A stretch of 64,000 bases of DNA from Octopus vulgaris (lineage: Eukaryota). This document shows, piece by piece, positions 1-15,054 of the stretch. The stretch is taken from assembly GCA_951406725.2 (NCBI GenBank), contig OX597824.1:8556001-8620000 (forward strand). Direction: 5' to 3'. Below the pieces are notes generated by a model, which had not been told where the DNA came from, did not search any database, and saw only the letters and a list, made by a program, of their open reading frames with translations. Made by a program: the position numbers and the translations under genes. The stretch's first letter is position 1. Each line of letters begins with the position of its first letter.

Positions 1-121
1 TGTTAGGAACATAAATTATGACTAAGGTTTGGTGGAAGATTTTAATTCAAAACTTATGAAAACAAGACATTTGTACTCAGAGCCAGACGCGGTTTCTGCT
101 GGGTTGGTAATGAAAGGGTTG
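1..121. mobile_element. Terminal part of a piggyBac-like MITE
   Basis: Ends GGTTGGTAATGAAAGGGTT, resembling the reverse complement of a (TT)AACCCTT piggyBac-type terminus; the other end lies outside the window. Confidence 0.35.
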
Positions 122-434
122 CTAAAAATACTTTCACCATTAAATTCTTAAACATTCATTTTCATAGTCGCCGCCTCAAAAATTATCTTACAAATGTCAA
201 CATTAATTTACTTGCTCGCACAAGAAAGCTTTACTCGCCAACTGAGTAGTATACCGAGTATCGGTTACATCACATGACGGTACCCAGTAAACAACTACTC
301 AGAGTTAACTACTAACAACTTTAAAATACGTTATAATCAACTTGTGCACGTTTTTAGATTTAAGAACAGCAAAGATGCCCGTGCTCTGATTTATACAAAA
401 GCCCAAAGAACAAGGGTATCATTGTCCTGCTACG

Positions 435-530
435 ATTTGGGATATTGTTGAAAGAACCAGGCTACATACAGGAGGATCCCGTAACTGTAGACTATGCTTA
501 TCTGAAAAGTTTTATATAGTGAAGAAACTG
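435..530 (+). mobile_element. Penelope-like element remnant, C-terminal part of the GIY-YIG region
   Basis: Translates IWDIVERTRLHTGGSRNCRLCLSEKFYIVKK, matching the W.I......Y..G.K.C.LCL.EK..I tail of Penelope-like ORFs. Confidence 0.6.
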
Positions 531-929
531 CCAGCAATCTCTCTTCATTGACAGACTGAGACGTTATCTTACTGCCAATTGATGAACATTTCTGCTGGAG
601 ATTTTTTCAACTGGCTCACGTTTTGAGTCGACGCAATTTCGAGAAATCCTCGACTGTGGACAACGTGGTGTAGTAGCTTCATATGTCGGTGCCTTGCTTT
701 CCAAATATAATTAGTAGTACAGACTTAGGACCAGTAGAAGTTTTGACCATATGAACTGCCTTGATAATTAAGAAACAACTTCACTAACGACCAATAAAGA
801 GCGGGTCTGACAGCGAACGGCGGTTACATCTTCATTTATGAACCGTGTCTGAAAGATCACTGATGTACTTTAGGTCTGCGTGAAAATTTATGTAATGCAC
901 CAGTGAATTATTGACTGTTTAATCATATA

Positions 930-960
930 CGCTTTTATATATACACACATACATCCATCC

Positions 961-1021
<61 letters not shown>

Positions 1022-1281
1022 TAAAAACCGACACATAAATATACCTATACAAATAAATAAATATATATATGCATGCATACACACACATATGTACACACCA
1101 TAATATACTTGTATATATATATATACACACACACACGCACACATGTATGTACATGTACTTACATATAAACACACATACACGCGCACACATACAAAAGTGC
1201 TCAAATACCAGAATAACATAAACCTAATATCTGACCAGTTATATATTGTAGCTTTGTATCTAGTCAGATATTAAATACGAG

Positions 1282-1319
<38 letters not shown>

Positions 1320-1440
1320 CATATTCATACATATGCATATACACACATATATACACATACATTCATATATATATATATAATAAAAATATATACATACGTG
1401 TACATACATACACATATACATACATACACGCACATATATA
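930..1440. repeat. Compound (TA)n/(CA)n microsatellite field, representative of dozens in the window
   Basis: Direct reading; source of the [12 protein letters not shown] ORFs. Confidence 0.95.
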
Positions 1441-2966
1441 TCAATCAATGATATTGCAACATCATAGTAATTTTAGCAATTATCGGTAATTACCGAAATG
1501 TATGTCCTTTAATGTACAAAGGTCTTGATTACTAATCGATAATGCTTTGATTTTCGATGGATAACCAAGTAAGTGGTTGTTATGGTTAAAGCGAATGGTT
1601 TCGGTTAGAGATATCCGTTGACTAAGGTCAGTTTTGTCTTCACTAAATATCTTCAAGAAGTAGCGCAACTTCGCTGCAAACAAATGCTGTCTGCCACGAC
1701 AGAGTAACTTTTAATGATAACTACTTGTTCCATACCCAAAATTTTTTATGTCTCCTGTTTTAAAATGTGTCACCGCTATTGTTCTAACTATGGTTTTTTC
1801 ATGCAAAAGATGCCCCTGGTATTTTTTTTATTTCCTAAATAGTTCGGTTGGTTTGTTTTGGGTGTGTAAATCAGTATAAAACTTGTACAGTAATAAGTAT
1901 ATTAAAGGCTGTACTTTACTGTTGAGCTCGCAAACAAGGTCAAAGTGTTCTAGAATTGTCTCCCGTACTTATTGAAGTATTTGTAGCATTTTATATTTTA
2001 GTAATGAGGGAAGCTAGTGTCCACGATCTTTCTTGGGGACTTCGAGAGAGGCGAAAGGTGGGAGGGGGTATCTTCAAACACAAAGACACACACACCGAAT
2101 TCTCGCAACGGATTGGATCCCATTTACAGCACTCAAGGTGTCATGTGACGGTATTAATCTGGGCGACGCATTAAGTCTACCACGGTGAGATTGAATACAG
2201 AGCGCAAAAGGCCAGACGACGCTCGCAAGGCATTCGACTCGACTTTCTTACAGTTCTGCAAAACATTCGCTTTATATTAATGGTATTTTTTATCGATCTC
2301 GACAGGATGTAAGACAAAATTTATCATTGATTAACATAGTTTTATCCTCACCACACATTTCTAGTTAGCTTTTTCATACCCAACGATAACACTTTGCCAA
2401 TCCACTATTGACCAACGTTGGGCAGACTGGTTTATAACTACCATAGATAAAACCGGAAATGGTTTGCTGAGGCTTTCACTAAGCAGTAAATAAAAAGGAA
2501 TGGAATTTTGATATCCCCTGAAAAGAATAGAATTTAAATACCCACCGAAAAGGGTGGAATTTTAGTACCCTCTACTCTTAAAAATTGTTATGACTAACTT
2601 TTTATCAACTCTAGTCTTAACCAGTGATAGGTTACTGAATGGAACTCATACGGAAGATAAGTAACGAACTGGTTTTAATATTTACATTTGGTGCCATGAG
2701 CTTCTGAGTTCAAATCACGTTACGATTGGCATTGATTTTCAATATTCAGGGTCGATAAAATAATTATAGAAAAGCGGAGTCAAAACTCTCTACTTCTCTT
2801 TTTCCAAATATGGCTTTCAACCTTACGGAATAAGAAAAGAATACAACCGCTATTAATCATTAACAGAATGTTTGTGTTGGCAGAGAGTATACCATGAGAC
2901 GCGATGTATTAGGATATCGTGTAGAGATTTGAGTTCAAACTACTCTGGGAGTAGCTTTAGTTGTAA

Positions 2967-3006
<40 letters not shown>

Positions 3007-3186
3007 TTATATCGTCATTCATATAGGTACATAAACATACATATATGTGTGTATGTATTTGAATAATGATGCTGTTATGCTGCGCATATATGGGTTGGCT
3101 ACACACATGCATACATTTTTTAAAAGCGGGAGGATTTGTACTTTTGCAAAGAAACCAATATCTTGCCTTTTCAAAGATAAGATCAG

Positions 3187-3237
<51 letters not shown>

Positions 3238-3241
<4 letters not shown>

Positions 3242-3355
3242 AGAGGGGTGTATGAAAAATCTTGAGCCTAAAAAAAACAAAACAAAACAAAACATGATAC
3301 AAGACTTCTGATGAAGGTAGAAGTCTTCAAGGCTTAAAACTTTTCATACACCCTC

Positions 3356-3358
<3 letters not shown>
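3238..3358. mobile_element. Tiny mariner-type MITE inside (TA)n
   Basis: Inverted ends GAGGGGTGTATGAAAAATCTTGAGCCT / AGGCTTAAAACTTTTCATACACCCTCG-TA, flanked by TA runs. Confidence 0.75.
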
Positions 3359-3416
<58 letters not shown>

Positions 3417-3903
3417 ATTCTAAGTATGCATACAAATACGGAAGAAGAGACGCACACACAGATGCATATATATATATATATACACAGACACAGACACATA
3501 CACACAACACACACAAGCAAAACAACTGAGCTGATATGTTAAGATAGGAGAAATCATAGAAATACAGCATATAAAAGTAAAATAAACCAATAAATAGCAT
3601 TTACATTATCTGGAATAAGGGGAAAAATATAATATTTATTAAAAAAAAAAGCGCTTTCAAAAGAAAAGATGATAATTTATCGGAAATCACTTTTTGCATA
3701 TTTTATTAATTTTTTTGTTGGTGTTTCGTAAATAACCTAGACAATATCTATATTATGCAGATGTAGATTTGAAGGCTTTCAGCATCTACCTTAGAAGGCT
3801 TTGAAAAAGAAAATTCGATAATTATAGAATTCTTGCAAATAGTTTGCTAACGTTGTATAAAAATTTCGGTCGCAACAAATATTAACTTCCAAGTTATATA
3901 CAT

Positions 3904-3967
<64 letters not shown>

Positions 3968-4090
3968 ATACACACACACATGCACATATATATTTCGTTA
4001 TATATATACATATGTGTATACATAAATGTATATAAATACTTATACATATATATGTGTGTGAATGTATATATATATATATATATGTATATG

Positions 4091-4142
<52 letters not shown>

Positions 4143-4340
4143 TATACATACATACATACATATATATATATATACCAAATGTGCATCACATCATTTGCAT
4201 TTCTTATCTTCTCGATTCATTCAGTTATTTTCTATGTCTATATTTTATTTTCGATTTTAAAAGACCTACTTCATTCTATATACTAGATGATGAAAAGATC
4301 TAATTATTTTGCATGTGTTTAATGAGCCATTATGTATATC

Positions 4341-4378
4341 TGCATACGCGTTTCGACACTTTAAGTCTCTTCTGTGTA
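4341..4378 (-). ncRNA. Minimal hammerhead-like motif, variant core
   Basis: Minus strand reads CAGAAGA-GAC-ttaaagt-GTC-GAAAC-GC-GTA, with palindromic ACGCGT stem III. Confidence 0.4.
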
Positions 4379-4605
4379 TTTTGAAGGAAAAAATTATATT
4401 TGTATTAATAGCATTCAGGTAAACATTAATACCATTCTTAAACAAAGTTATGTGTAGTTACAGAAACGAGGTAAGACGTGAAATTGAATAAAGTCATTCC
4501 TTTTGCCTAAAATTCAGTGAAGTTCTTCAAAAATGTTTTCGGTATTTGTTTCCAAATCTTTACGATGAAAATTTTCATATTGCCTTCTACAAGAAAACAA
4601 ATCTG

Positions 4606-4682
<77 letters not shown>

Positions 4683-4769
4683 TTTATATACATATATATG
4701 CATATATATACATGTATGTATATATATAAATATAGATACATACATATATATATATACACACACATATAT

Positions 4770-4843
<74 letters not shown>

Positions 4844-5510
4844 TTATTTTTATATTTTATGTGCGTGAACATTTACATATTTGATGTTTTCTAGTTAAAA
4901 ACTCATTCTCAAGGAATTAGTTTTGAAACGATTCAGAAATACGATTAGCTTTGTAAACTATTCACCAGCATAAAGAAAAACAATATACTTCATTTCTCTA
5001 GGTATTCTTGTACTTTTCTCTGTTGGTGCATACCTTATTGCCGCGAATATAACAACTGCTGTGCTGATGATGCTTACTAAGGCAGAAATAGCTTTTTTTC
5101 TCAGACTCTCCTTTCCTTAATGTTATGTCAATTTTGGAGAATTATTGATTGTAGTGATTATCTCCCCTTGTCATTTGGAGTTGGTTCCAAATGCTATAAA
5201 GTAATTCTTCTATCGTCTCTGCAATCAAGAATTTATCTTATGTAGAATTTAATACTCCCTTATTAATCTTTGTTGTTTAAATACATTCCAATACCGTCTC
5301 TGAGTTATTTCTTTTACCTCATTTTTGTTCTTCCATAAATATATCTTATAATGTTTTTCATCAATGGGCGAAGAACGATAATTGAACACCTGTTGAGGTT
5401 TTACTTAACATACAAAGCATATGTATAGTTTTTCCATATTTACTTATTCCACGCAATTATTTATTAGAAACAGCTGTAGTATGGCCTTTTACGCACTCAC
5501 ATACACACAC

Positions 5511-5581
<71 letters not shown>

Positions 5582-5674
5582 CGTATATATACACACACGT
5601 ACATATATGTATGTATATATGCAAATGTTTATATAATATTTATGTTATTATATACACACACACATACATATACA

Positions 5675-5890
5675 TCTTTTTCTACTGTAGTCAAAAGGCC
5701 CAGAACTTTTGGGGAAGGGGGCCAGTTGATTAGATCAACCCCAGTACGCAACTGGTGCTTTATTTATCGACTCCGAAAGGATGAAAGGCAAAGTCGACTT
5801 CGGCGGAATTGGAACACAGAACGTAAAGACAGACGAAATATCGCTAAGCATTTTGCCTGACGTCCTAACGTTTCTTCCAGCTCACCGCCA
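5675..5890 (-). mobile_element. tRNA-derived SINE, family A (monomer)
   Basis: Contains CCGAAAGGATGAAAGGCAAAGTCGAC and ends CCAGCTCACCGCC, like the other family A copies. Confidence 0.85.
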
Positions 5891-6175
5891 TATATATATA
5901 TATATATACATTGTATATGTATATGTTGTTATGAATATATTTAGATGTATGTATGTGTGATTGTGTCTATTAAACTGAACGCATTGTAAATATTTTTATA
6001 GTTTAGAAATAATGCACAGATTAACATGGTGTATATAAAGAAACTTATTATCTTGTTAATCCTTAGTTTCAACACACATATGAACACATACGGATACAAT
6101 TACACACAATTATATGTACTCACCCGCACTCATAAGCATATATATTTTATCACCTTCATATATACATATATACGC

Positions 6176-6238
<63 letters not shown>

Positions 6239-6383
6239 TGCGTATATATACATATATATGTATATATATATATTTATACACATATATATATAAATGCGTA
6301 TATATACATCTATATGTATATATATATATAAAATATATATATATAAATGCGTATACATATGTACATATATATGTATACGCATT

Positions 6384-6485
<102 letters not shown>

Positions 6486-6780
6486 TGTATGTATGTATAC
6501 TTATAAAATAGAGAATCTGAACCACAAAGTTCAGAAAACCTATATTTACAAATAAAGTAAAACTAGATTGGTAGTGTTTTTCTTTTAATGGATCAATAAA
6601 AATCTATCTTTATTGACCACAAACAGTTCTCTGAGTGGCCGTGGAAAACTACGATATAAAAACAACTTCCTCGGCTTTATAGTCCATTATGTAACATTAT
6701 GACCCACTGACTCAATAAAGTAAAGTCGACATCAAAACATCACCAATTATCTTTTCATGTTAAAGTTTATAGCTTTGAGT

Positions 6781-7210
6781 GCAGTAAAATGGACGTGGTT
6801 ATGGCTGCTTGGCGAAGGAATTCTCTTCGTAAGCACGTAGTCCTAGTTTCGATCTCAATCAGTAATTCTTAGGGCAAATGTTTTCTATAATAACCTAGGA
6901 TTGACTACAATACTTTAGTGCTAAAACTAATAGTTATTGTTGCATGGCAACGAAATTCGCTTTGTAATCACGTGGTCTTCGGTTCGATCTCCCTCAGTAC
7001 CTCTAAGGGCAAATATTTTCTGTAATATTTTCGGATTGACTATTATCGTTTAATGTTAGATTTTATTGCAGTAAAATTGTCACAGCTATGGCTACATGGC
7101 AAACGTATTCGCTTCGTTACCACGTGGTCCCTGGTTCTATCCCGCTCAGGGGGACAATGTATTTTTAAAAATAATTACCTAGGATTAACTATTGACTCGT
7201 GAAGGGAGTT
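6781..7210 (+). repeat. Three tandem degenerate SINE-head units of about 140 nt
   Basis: TGGC..., CACGTGGTC...GTTCGATC, GGGCAAAT and GGATTGACTA blocks recur three times in order. Confidence 0.7.
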
Positions 7211-7384
7211 AGCGAAACGGTGAAAAAATGTAATTATTCAAAAGCGACTCTATGGGGGAGGCGGGGAACCTCTGAGTAGCGACTTCACTCAGACTCAACA
7301 TTGAATATATATTAATCCTCTATTCTCCCGTATTGAGTACTTTGGTTTGTTTAGTAGCATTCACACCAGTGTGATACTATGAAT

Positions 7385-7426
<42 letters not shown>

Positions 7427-7448
7427 CACATATATATACATACATACA

Positions 7449-7523
<75 letters not shown>

Positions 7524-7690
7524 TTCTATGTGTGTTAATATATGTGTACGTATATATATGTGTGTGTATATACATATATGTATTAGGTTCTCTCGTTTTG
7601 TACATGTAAACATAGTGTATGTTTGTATATATATATATATATATACACATACACGCACACACTTATATATACATGTATAAACATATATAT

Positions 7691-7752
<62 letters not shown>

Positions 7753-7999
7753 CATATGTACATATGTAGTATTTAGGAATGTTAGACAAGAATTATAAAA
7801 GAAGCAAAAACAAAAAAAAACTACTGATGAAGGGGATTCAGTGCTCTAAGTAGAGTCAATTATGTTATGGATATTAAGATTGATTGGGACAACAAGTTTC
7901 ATCTCGGTGGTTTATTCAACTAGACTGCTTGGATAAACTACCATGCTAAAAACAAGTCTTCATCAACTCTTACAGGCTACGTTTGTGTATGCATGTTCG

Positions 8000-8032
<33 letters not shown>

Positions 8033-8127
8033 GTATGTGTGTATCTATGTATATGTATATATATTTATATATATGTATATATATATGTACATATATGTAT
8101 ATATATGTATATATATATAAATATATA

Positions 8128-8198
<71 letters not shown>

Positions 8199-8321
8199 GT
8201 ATGTATGTATTGGATGCATGTGTATATCTTTCAAGGATGTGTATAAAGGAAAGATACAAACGTTTACAAGAAGATGGAAAACATGTTGCTTTCGAAAAAA
8301 AACCAAAACAAAAAACAAATG

Positions 8322-8466
8322 ATCCTGTGTGGTATTTGTTCCGTCCGATTTGAACAGACAGCATCAAGTCACTCTGGGCGTCAGAAATGAAGTGAGCCAT
8401 TGAATGGCCCGTTACAAACCTCTACAAGCCAACGACGCTATTGTTCACCAAATGCAGTATAAAAAT
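8322..8466. promoter_or_regulatory. Duplicated non-coding island X, copy 1 (enhancer-like)
   Basis: 66/88 ungapped identity to 35348-35435 plus shared AACGACGCTATTGTT; function inferred only. Confidence 0.5.
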
Positions 8467-8540
8467 CAATCAAAAATTGAGAACAGCAACGAATTCTAGT
8501 ATATTGCTGTTATTTGTTATTATCATTACTATCATTACTA

Positions 8541-8580
<40 letters not shown>

Positions 8581-8907
8581 CATCATTATCATTTCTGGTA
8601 GTATCGGTAATAATGATAATAATAATTGCAAACATTGGCACAAGAACTTAGTTGTTTGGGTTGGGGGAGGGCATTGTTGATTATATCGATTTCCAGTGTT
8701 TGAAGGGAACAATTTTATCGATCCTGCAAGGATGAAAGTTAAAGTTAACCTCAGTGTCATTTGAACCGAGAACCTCAAAAAAGGAGCGTAACTGAAAATA
8801 ATGCAAGACATTTGCGTCGTCTGATGCTCAAACGATTTTTGCCAAATCCATCGCTGATGATATTGATAACCAGAATAACTGTAAATCACGAAAAGATACG
8901 ACAAATA

Positions 8908-9120
8908 TAGAGAAGAAGATGAAGAAGAAGTTGGGGAAAAGAAGAAGAAGAAAAAGAAGATGAAGAAAAGAAGATGAAGAAAAGAAGATGAAGAAAAAGA
9001 AGATGAAGAAGAAGATGAAGAAAAAAGAAGAAGAAGAAGAAGAAAAAGAAGAAGAAAAGAAAAAGAAGAAGAAGAAGAAGAAGAAGAAGAAGAATAAAAG
9101 AAGAAGAAAAAGAAGAAATG
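8908..9120. repeat. (GAA)n-type purine tract
   Basis: Direct reading. Confidence 0.95.
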
Positions 9121-9483
9121 AAATAGGTTTTTTTTTAGGAAATTTAGCAGAAGACGTAAGATGAAATAAGAAGTAAAAAAAAAATGTAAAATGTACAAAA
9201 AAAAAATAAGCCATAAAAATATTAACGAATCAAACTTAACGAAAAATATAAATAAAATCTGAATAAATATATTCATAAATATATAAAAAAAAAATAACCG
9301 CAGAGATCGATAATGGCAACGGTTTTGTAGAAAATTCTTGAGATCATTTCAATTATGATTCGAAGAAAAGAAAGACATCTTTTCAGAGCTTTTCAAACAT
9401 AATCTAATATTGTTGGTATTGTTGGATGATTTCAGCTATTATTATTATTATTATTATCATCATCATCATTATTATTATTATTA

Positions 9484-9530
<47 letters not shown>

Positions 9531-9532
<2 letters not shown>

Positions 9533-9722
9533 TTTTTTTCTTCTTTCAAATTTGCTTCCATTTCTTGCCGAGTGTCTTCCCGACTCCTAGGGCAAAGAAA
9601 CTCATAGTATACATTGGTAGGCCATTAAACCAAACTCAATAGTTCGTTCATTTTTTTTTTTAAGTTAAATTAAAATACATGAGCAGCAACAGTTCTCACA
9701 TCGACAATGCTGTTCTCAATAC
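9531..9722 (-). mobile_element. 3' tip of an R4/Dong-like non-LTR element in (TAA)n
   Basis: Minus strand reads IVLRTALSM* (compare HILRRTLSIQ* at about 26625), then a 3' UTR; TAA repeats on both sides. Confidence 0.55.
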
Positions 9723-9832
<110 letters not shown>

Positions 9833-10242
9833 CGTATACATGGAAAGAGATAGGGAAAGATATATATATATATATATATATAATATATATATATATTCAA
9901 CACACACTCATATAATTTAAAATATATATAGTCATGTGTTACATATATATATGTTCATAAATATAGTATGCTTATTATGTATTACATGCAATATATAATA
10001 TGAATGTATGTATATGTATATATATAAACTTAGAAAATCTTAGATATAAGTTGTGTATATATATATATAATATGTATACACACATACATGTATATAAACA
10101 CAAATATATAGTTATATATGTATAAATATATGTAATTACATATATACACAAGTATACAGGCAACACGCAATCATACCACACACACACATCATACCAATTC
10201 ATACCACACACACACATATACACGTGCACACACACACACGCA

Positions 10243-10290
<48 letters not shown>

Positions 10291-10537
10291 TACCTACAAC
10301 AATAATCTCAGTCAGGTATACTCGGACACTTGCTTACACAGACGTACATCACATCATATTACTTAGGTCAGAGATTTGTTATATTTTACTATTGTCGTTC
10401 AGAAGCAATAATTATTCCTTTATACTGAGCACTTACATAAAATTTTGCATTAAGAAATACTTTCGTTGTATTTTTAAGTATTCATATCTATGAAATAATC
10501 GTACACGCATAAGTATACAACCCCCCCACACACAAAC

Positions 10538-11270
<733 letters not shown>

Positions 11271-11487
11271 ATTATATTTTGTTGTAACTCAGAGTTACGA
11301 GTATATTGACAACACTGCACAACAACAAAACATAATCTCAGAACTAGCAGTAAAATATTTTCGCTCTACATTTATATTGAGTACTTCATATACCTATCTT
11401 TCTTTCTATCAATCTATCTATCTCTGTACCTATGGGTGTGTCTATCTATATATATGTGTATATATGTGTATGCAGATATATATACAT

Positions 11488-11542
<55 letters not shown>

Positions 11543-11816
11543 ATAAGCGAATAATTTCACCTTGTTCACACATCAACAAAGCTTTTAGAAATATTCACTT
11601 CCACTCGCTTATATGTTTTATGTGTCCCTACTTATCTCCCATAGGAAAAAAAAATGAAAAGTAGAATATTTTAATGTATGTCTTAACATTTCGCCCCGTT
11701 TTCGACAACATCCCAACTTAAAACTGAACATCTCTAGCTATATGAGTAGATTCACTAAAAGTATCTGCTTAAATATATATATATATGTAAGTATTTATGT
11801 ATTTATTATATACACA

Positions 11817-11880
<64 letters not shown>

Positions 11881-12114
11881 GTATAACGTAACGAAATGGA
11901 TATAACGCATCACGTGAACTTTTCTGTCATTTGCATACGGCACTAGCTATCGTGCCTCAAATACAAATTACATACTCACGTACACACACACACACACGCA
12001 CACACATACATACACACGTATGAACGCAAACCCCCACACTTATACATATACATATAAATATAACTAGATATATGTATATATACATATGCATATATATATA
12101 TGCATATACATCTG

Positions 12115-12169
<55 letters not shown>

Positions 12170-12443
12170 GTATATATGTATATATATATACACATGTATA
12201 TATATGAACATTTTACATTGCAAATGGGAGAAAAAATTATGTAATACGCTGTTGCAATTGAATGTATGCATATGTGTACACACGCACGCACACACATATT
12301 TATTCATATACTATACATATCTATATATAGTTGTACATACGTATACATACGTATACATATATATGTACGTATATGTGGATATAAACGTACACATATATAT
12401 ATATGTGCATATATATTTGTATGTGTATATATACACTCATGTA

Positions 12444-12499
<56 letters not shown>

Positions 12500-12713
12500 C
12501 ATATATATGTACCTATATTTATATGCTTTTCTTTTATCGTTTGTATATTTGTTTTACATCTTATTTTCTCTTCTCTTTCTTTTATAATATTTTTCTTTCA
12601 ATTTCCTAACCACCAGCGTCGTCCCGTAGAGATATCATCTGGTGTCTTACCAACACCAGCATCAGCACTAGATGAGGAGGAGAATATGAAATCAACAGCA
12701 ACAAATAGTATTA

Positions 12714-12768
<55 letters not shown>

Positions 12769-13081
12769 GAAAAATAATAAGAAAAGGAATAATAATAAAA
12801 AAAACAGCATCCTTTTCATCAGTGCAATGTTTCATAAATGATGGCGAGTTGGTTGGTTGGTCGGTTGGGTCGATGGTAGTGTGTTAAAGTTCATATTTAT
12901 CTATTTATTTATTTATTTATTTGGGGGGGGGGGGGGGGGCTGGGATGGAAAGGGGCAGATAACTGTGAACAAAGGAGTAATCGATTGGAGCTCGTTGCTA
13001 TTGTTGTGAGGTTTCGTAATGATGATGATTGTGGTGAAGAATTTGATGGCAGCAGAACAGAAGTTTTGGTCAACAGTCTTA

Positions 13082-13147
13082 CTACATCTCATCATCTGTG
13101 GTCTCCATCAGTAGGAATATATCGTCGTTCCTAGAGTGTACATGCTG
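13082..13147 (-). CDS. Terminal coding exon of a single-pass membrane protein (QHVHSRNDDIFLLMETTDDEM*)
   Basis: Long polypyrimidine tract ending ttttccgttgcctacAG at 13149-13148; phase 0 matches the donor of 29810-29959; TAG at 13084-13082; AATAAA copies at about 12905-12922. Confidence 0.75.
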   Translation of the reverse strand, partial: QHVHSRNDDIFLLMETTDDEM

Positions 13148-13262
13148 CTGTAGGCAACGGAAAAGAGAGAAAGAAAGAAAGAGAAAAAAGAAAGCGTTAA
13201 TGGTTCGAATATGGCTGGCAGAGATGCAGAAAAGTAAATACAGTCACAGACATATATATTAC

Positions 13263-13338
<76 letters not shown>

Positions 13339-13351
13339 AATAAATAAATAA

Positions 13352-13384
<33 letters not shown>

Positions 13385-13490
13385 TATATATATATATATA
13401 CATATATATATATAATATATATATATAATATAATATATATATATATATATACACGCATACAGACACATGATATATATATGATATATACAT

Positions 13491-13534
<44 letters not shown>

Positions 13535-14490
13535 TGTATATATATATACATATACATGCTTATATATTTATATATGTACGTATGTGTATATATAAATAAA
13601 TAAACATGTATATATTTATGGAAAATGACATTTAAAATAGATAAGCTTAAATGTAGATATGTACACTGAGATTTACATACAGAAAATTATCATTCAGGTT
13701 TATATCAAGTTCATATATATATATGTATGTGTACTTAAGTATATACACACTCACATGCTCGCACACGAAGACAGACGATACATATATCCATTGAGTATGT
13801 AAGACGAAAAAACATAGACGCTTTGGAGGTTATCCTAGCTTTTGTGCTTTCACATTGATCTCCCAGTCTTATTTTCTTCACTTGCTTTTTCTCCCTTGTG
13901 AGTCAATTCGAATACAAACACGAGAAAGGAATCGATTTGGAAGCAGTGTTTGATACAGTAAAACGCAGAGTAACCTTCAAAGTATGTTTATTCGTTATGG
14001 GCAGTGAATACTAAAAGCAGACGACACGTTGATGCAAATAAATGACAATGTTATTTGAATGATTAACAACGTTTCATAAGGACAGACACAAATATATTCT
14101 TATAGCATATGGAAGAGAAAATTTGTCGAAATGTTATTCCGAGTTTCTCGCCGCTCCATCTTCAGACGATTAAGAAAATTAGGATATGAAATTTGGTGTA
14201 CAAGCAGTATACAGTTAAAATATTTGAATATCGTAATGAAAGTAGGTTGGTTAATATGGAACGAAAACTGTGTATTATTGGTTTTGGATAGTTACTGTCG
14301 GTTTAGACACCGGATTAGGGCTTTAAAAAGACTGTTAAAGTCCAATGATTACACTGGTCAGTCAGATAATGTTCATATATTTAAGAAACCTGAAAGAAAA
14401 AAATTAGCTATAAGCCTTTCCAAACGCATTTAATTTTTAAAAGCAACAAAATGTTTGGCATTTAAAATGGCAGAACTTTGGTCATGTTGC

Positions 14491-14542
<52 letters not shown>

Positions 14543-14545
<3 letters not shown>

Positions 14546-14689
14546 GAGTAAGCACATAAATGTGAAACAAGGTGGAAAAAAGAGTACTCAAATACCAGAG
14601 GTAGAGTAATATGCTTTATTTAAAAGCAGCAGAAATATAACAAAAGCTGTTACTCAGAGTTTCACGTTCTCGTTCGTCGGACAGGTTTG

Positions 14690-14690
<1 letters not shown>
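14543..14690 (-). mobile_element. Penelope-type pLTR-like fragment in (TA)n carrying a hammerhead motif
   Basis: Near-identical to 47482-47630; motif CTGT-CCGACGA-ACG-agaa-CGT-GAAAC-tctga-GTA-ACAG at 14647-14684. Confidence 0.65.
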
Positions 14691-14750
<60 letters not shown>

Positions 14751-14761
<11 letters not shown>

Positions 14762-14929
14762 ATTCGAGACAAAACCACTATTTTAAAACCAAACAAGAAA
14801 AGACTTAATCAATACATAACATTTTAATATAAATTTATTTATTTAATTTATATTAAAATTTTATGTATTGATTAAGTCTTTTCTTGTTTGGTTTTAAAAT
14901 AGTGGTTTTGTCTCGAATTATATTATATA
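14751..14929. repeat. Near-perfect palindrome, 85-nt arms, 9-nt loop
   Basis: 14751-14835 is the reverse complement of 14845-14929 with one mismatch. Confidence 0.95.
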
Positions 14930-15002
14930 ATATTTTACTATAAAATTGGATTTAACCCTAAATCTGATTTTTCCCTGTAATTTTGGATTCATTCCCTAAT
15001 AT

Positions 15003-15054
<52 letters not shown>

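Noticed and set aside
2500-2575. Three ~27-nt tandem units
   Set aside because: Short and degenerate; probably a transposon subterminal repeat, nothing further supportable
8470-9276. 268-aa ORF
   Set aside because: Built from (GAA)n, (TAA)n and a degenerate SINE
9679-9722. MSSNSSHIDNAVLNT as a gene start
   Set aside because: Better explained as the antisense of a Dong-like ORF end (IVLRTALSM*)
12598-12819. Signal-peptide-like ORF MKRMLFFLLLF...
   Set aside because: The hydrophobic stretch is a (TTA)n microsatellite downstream of the gene's stop
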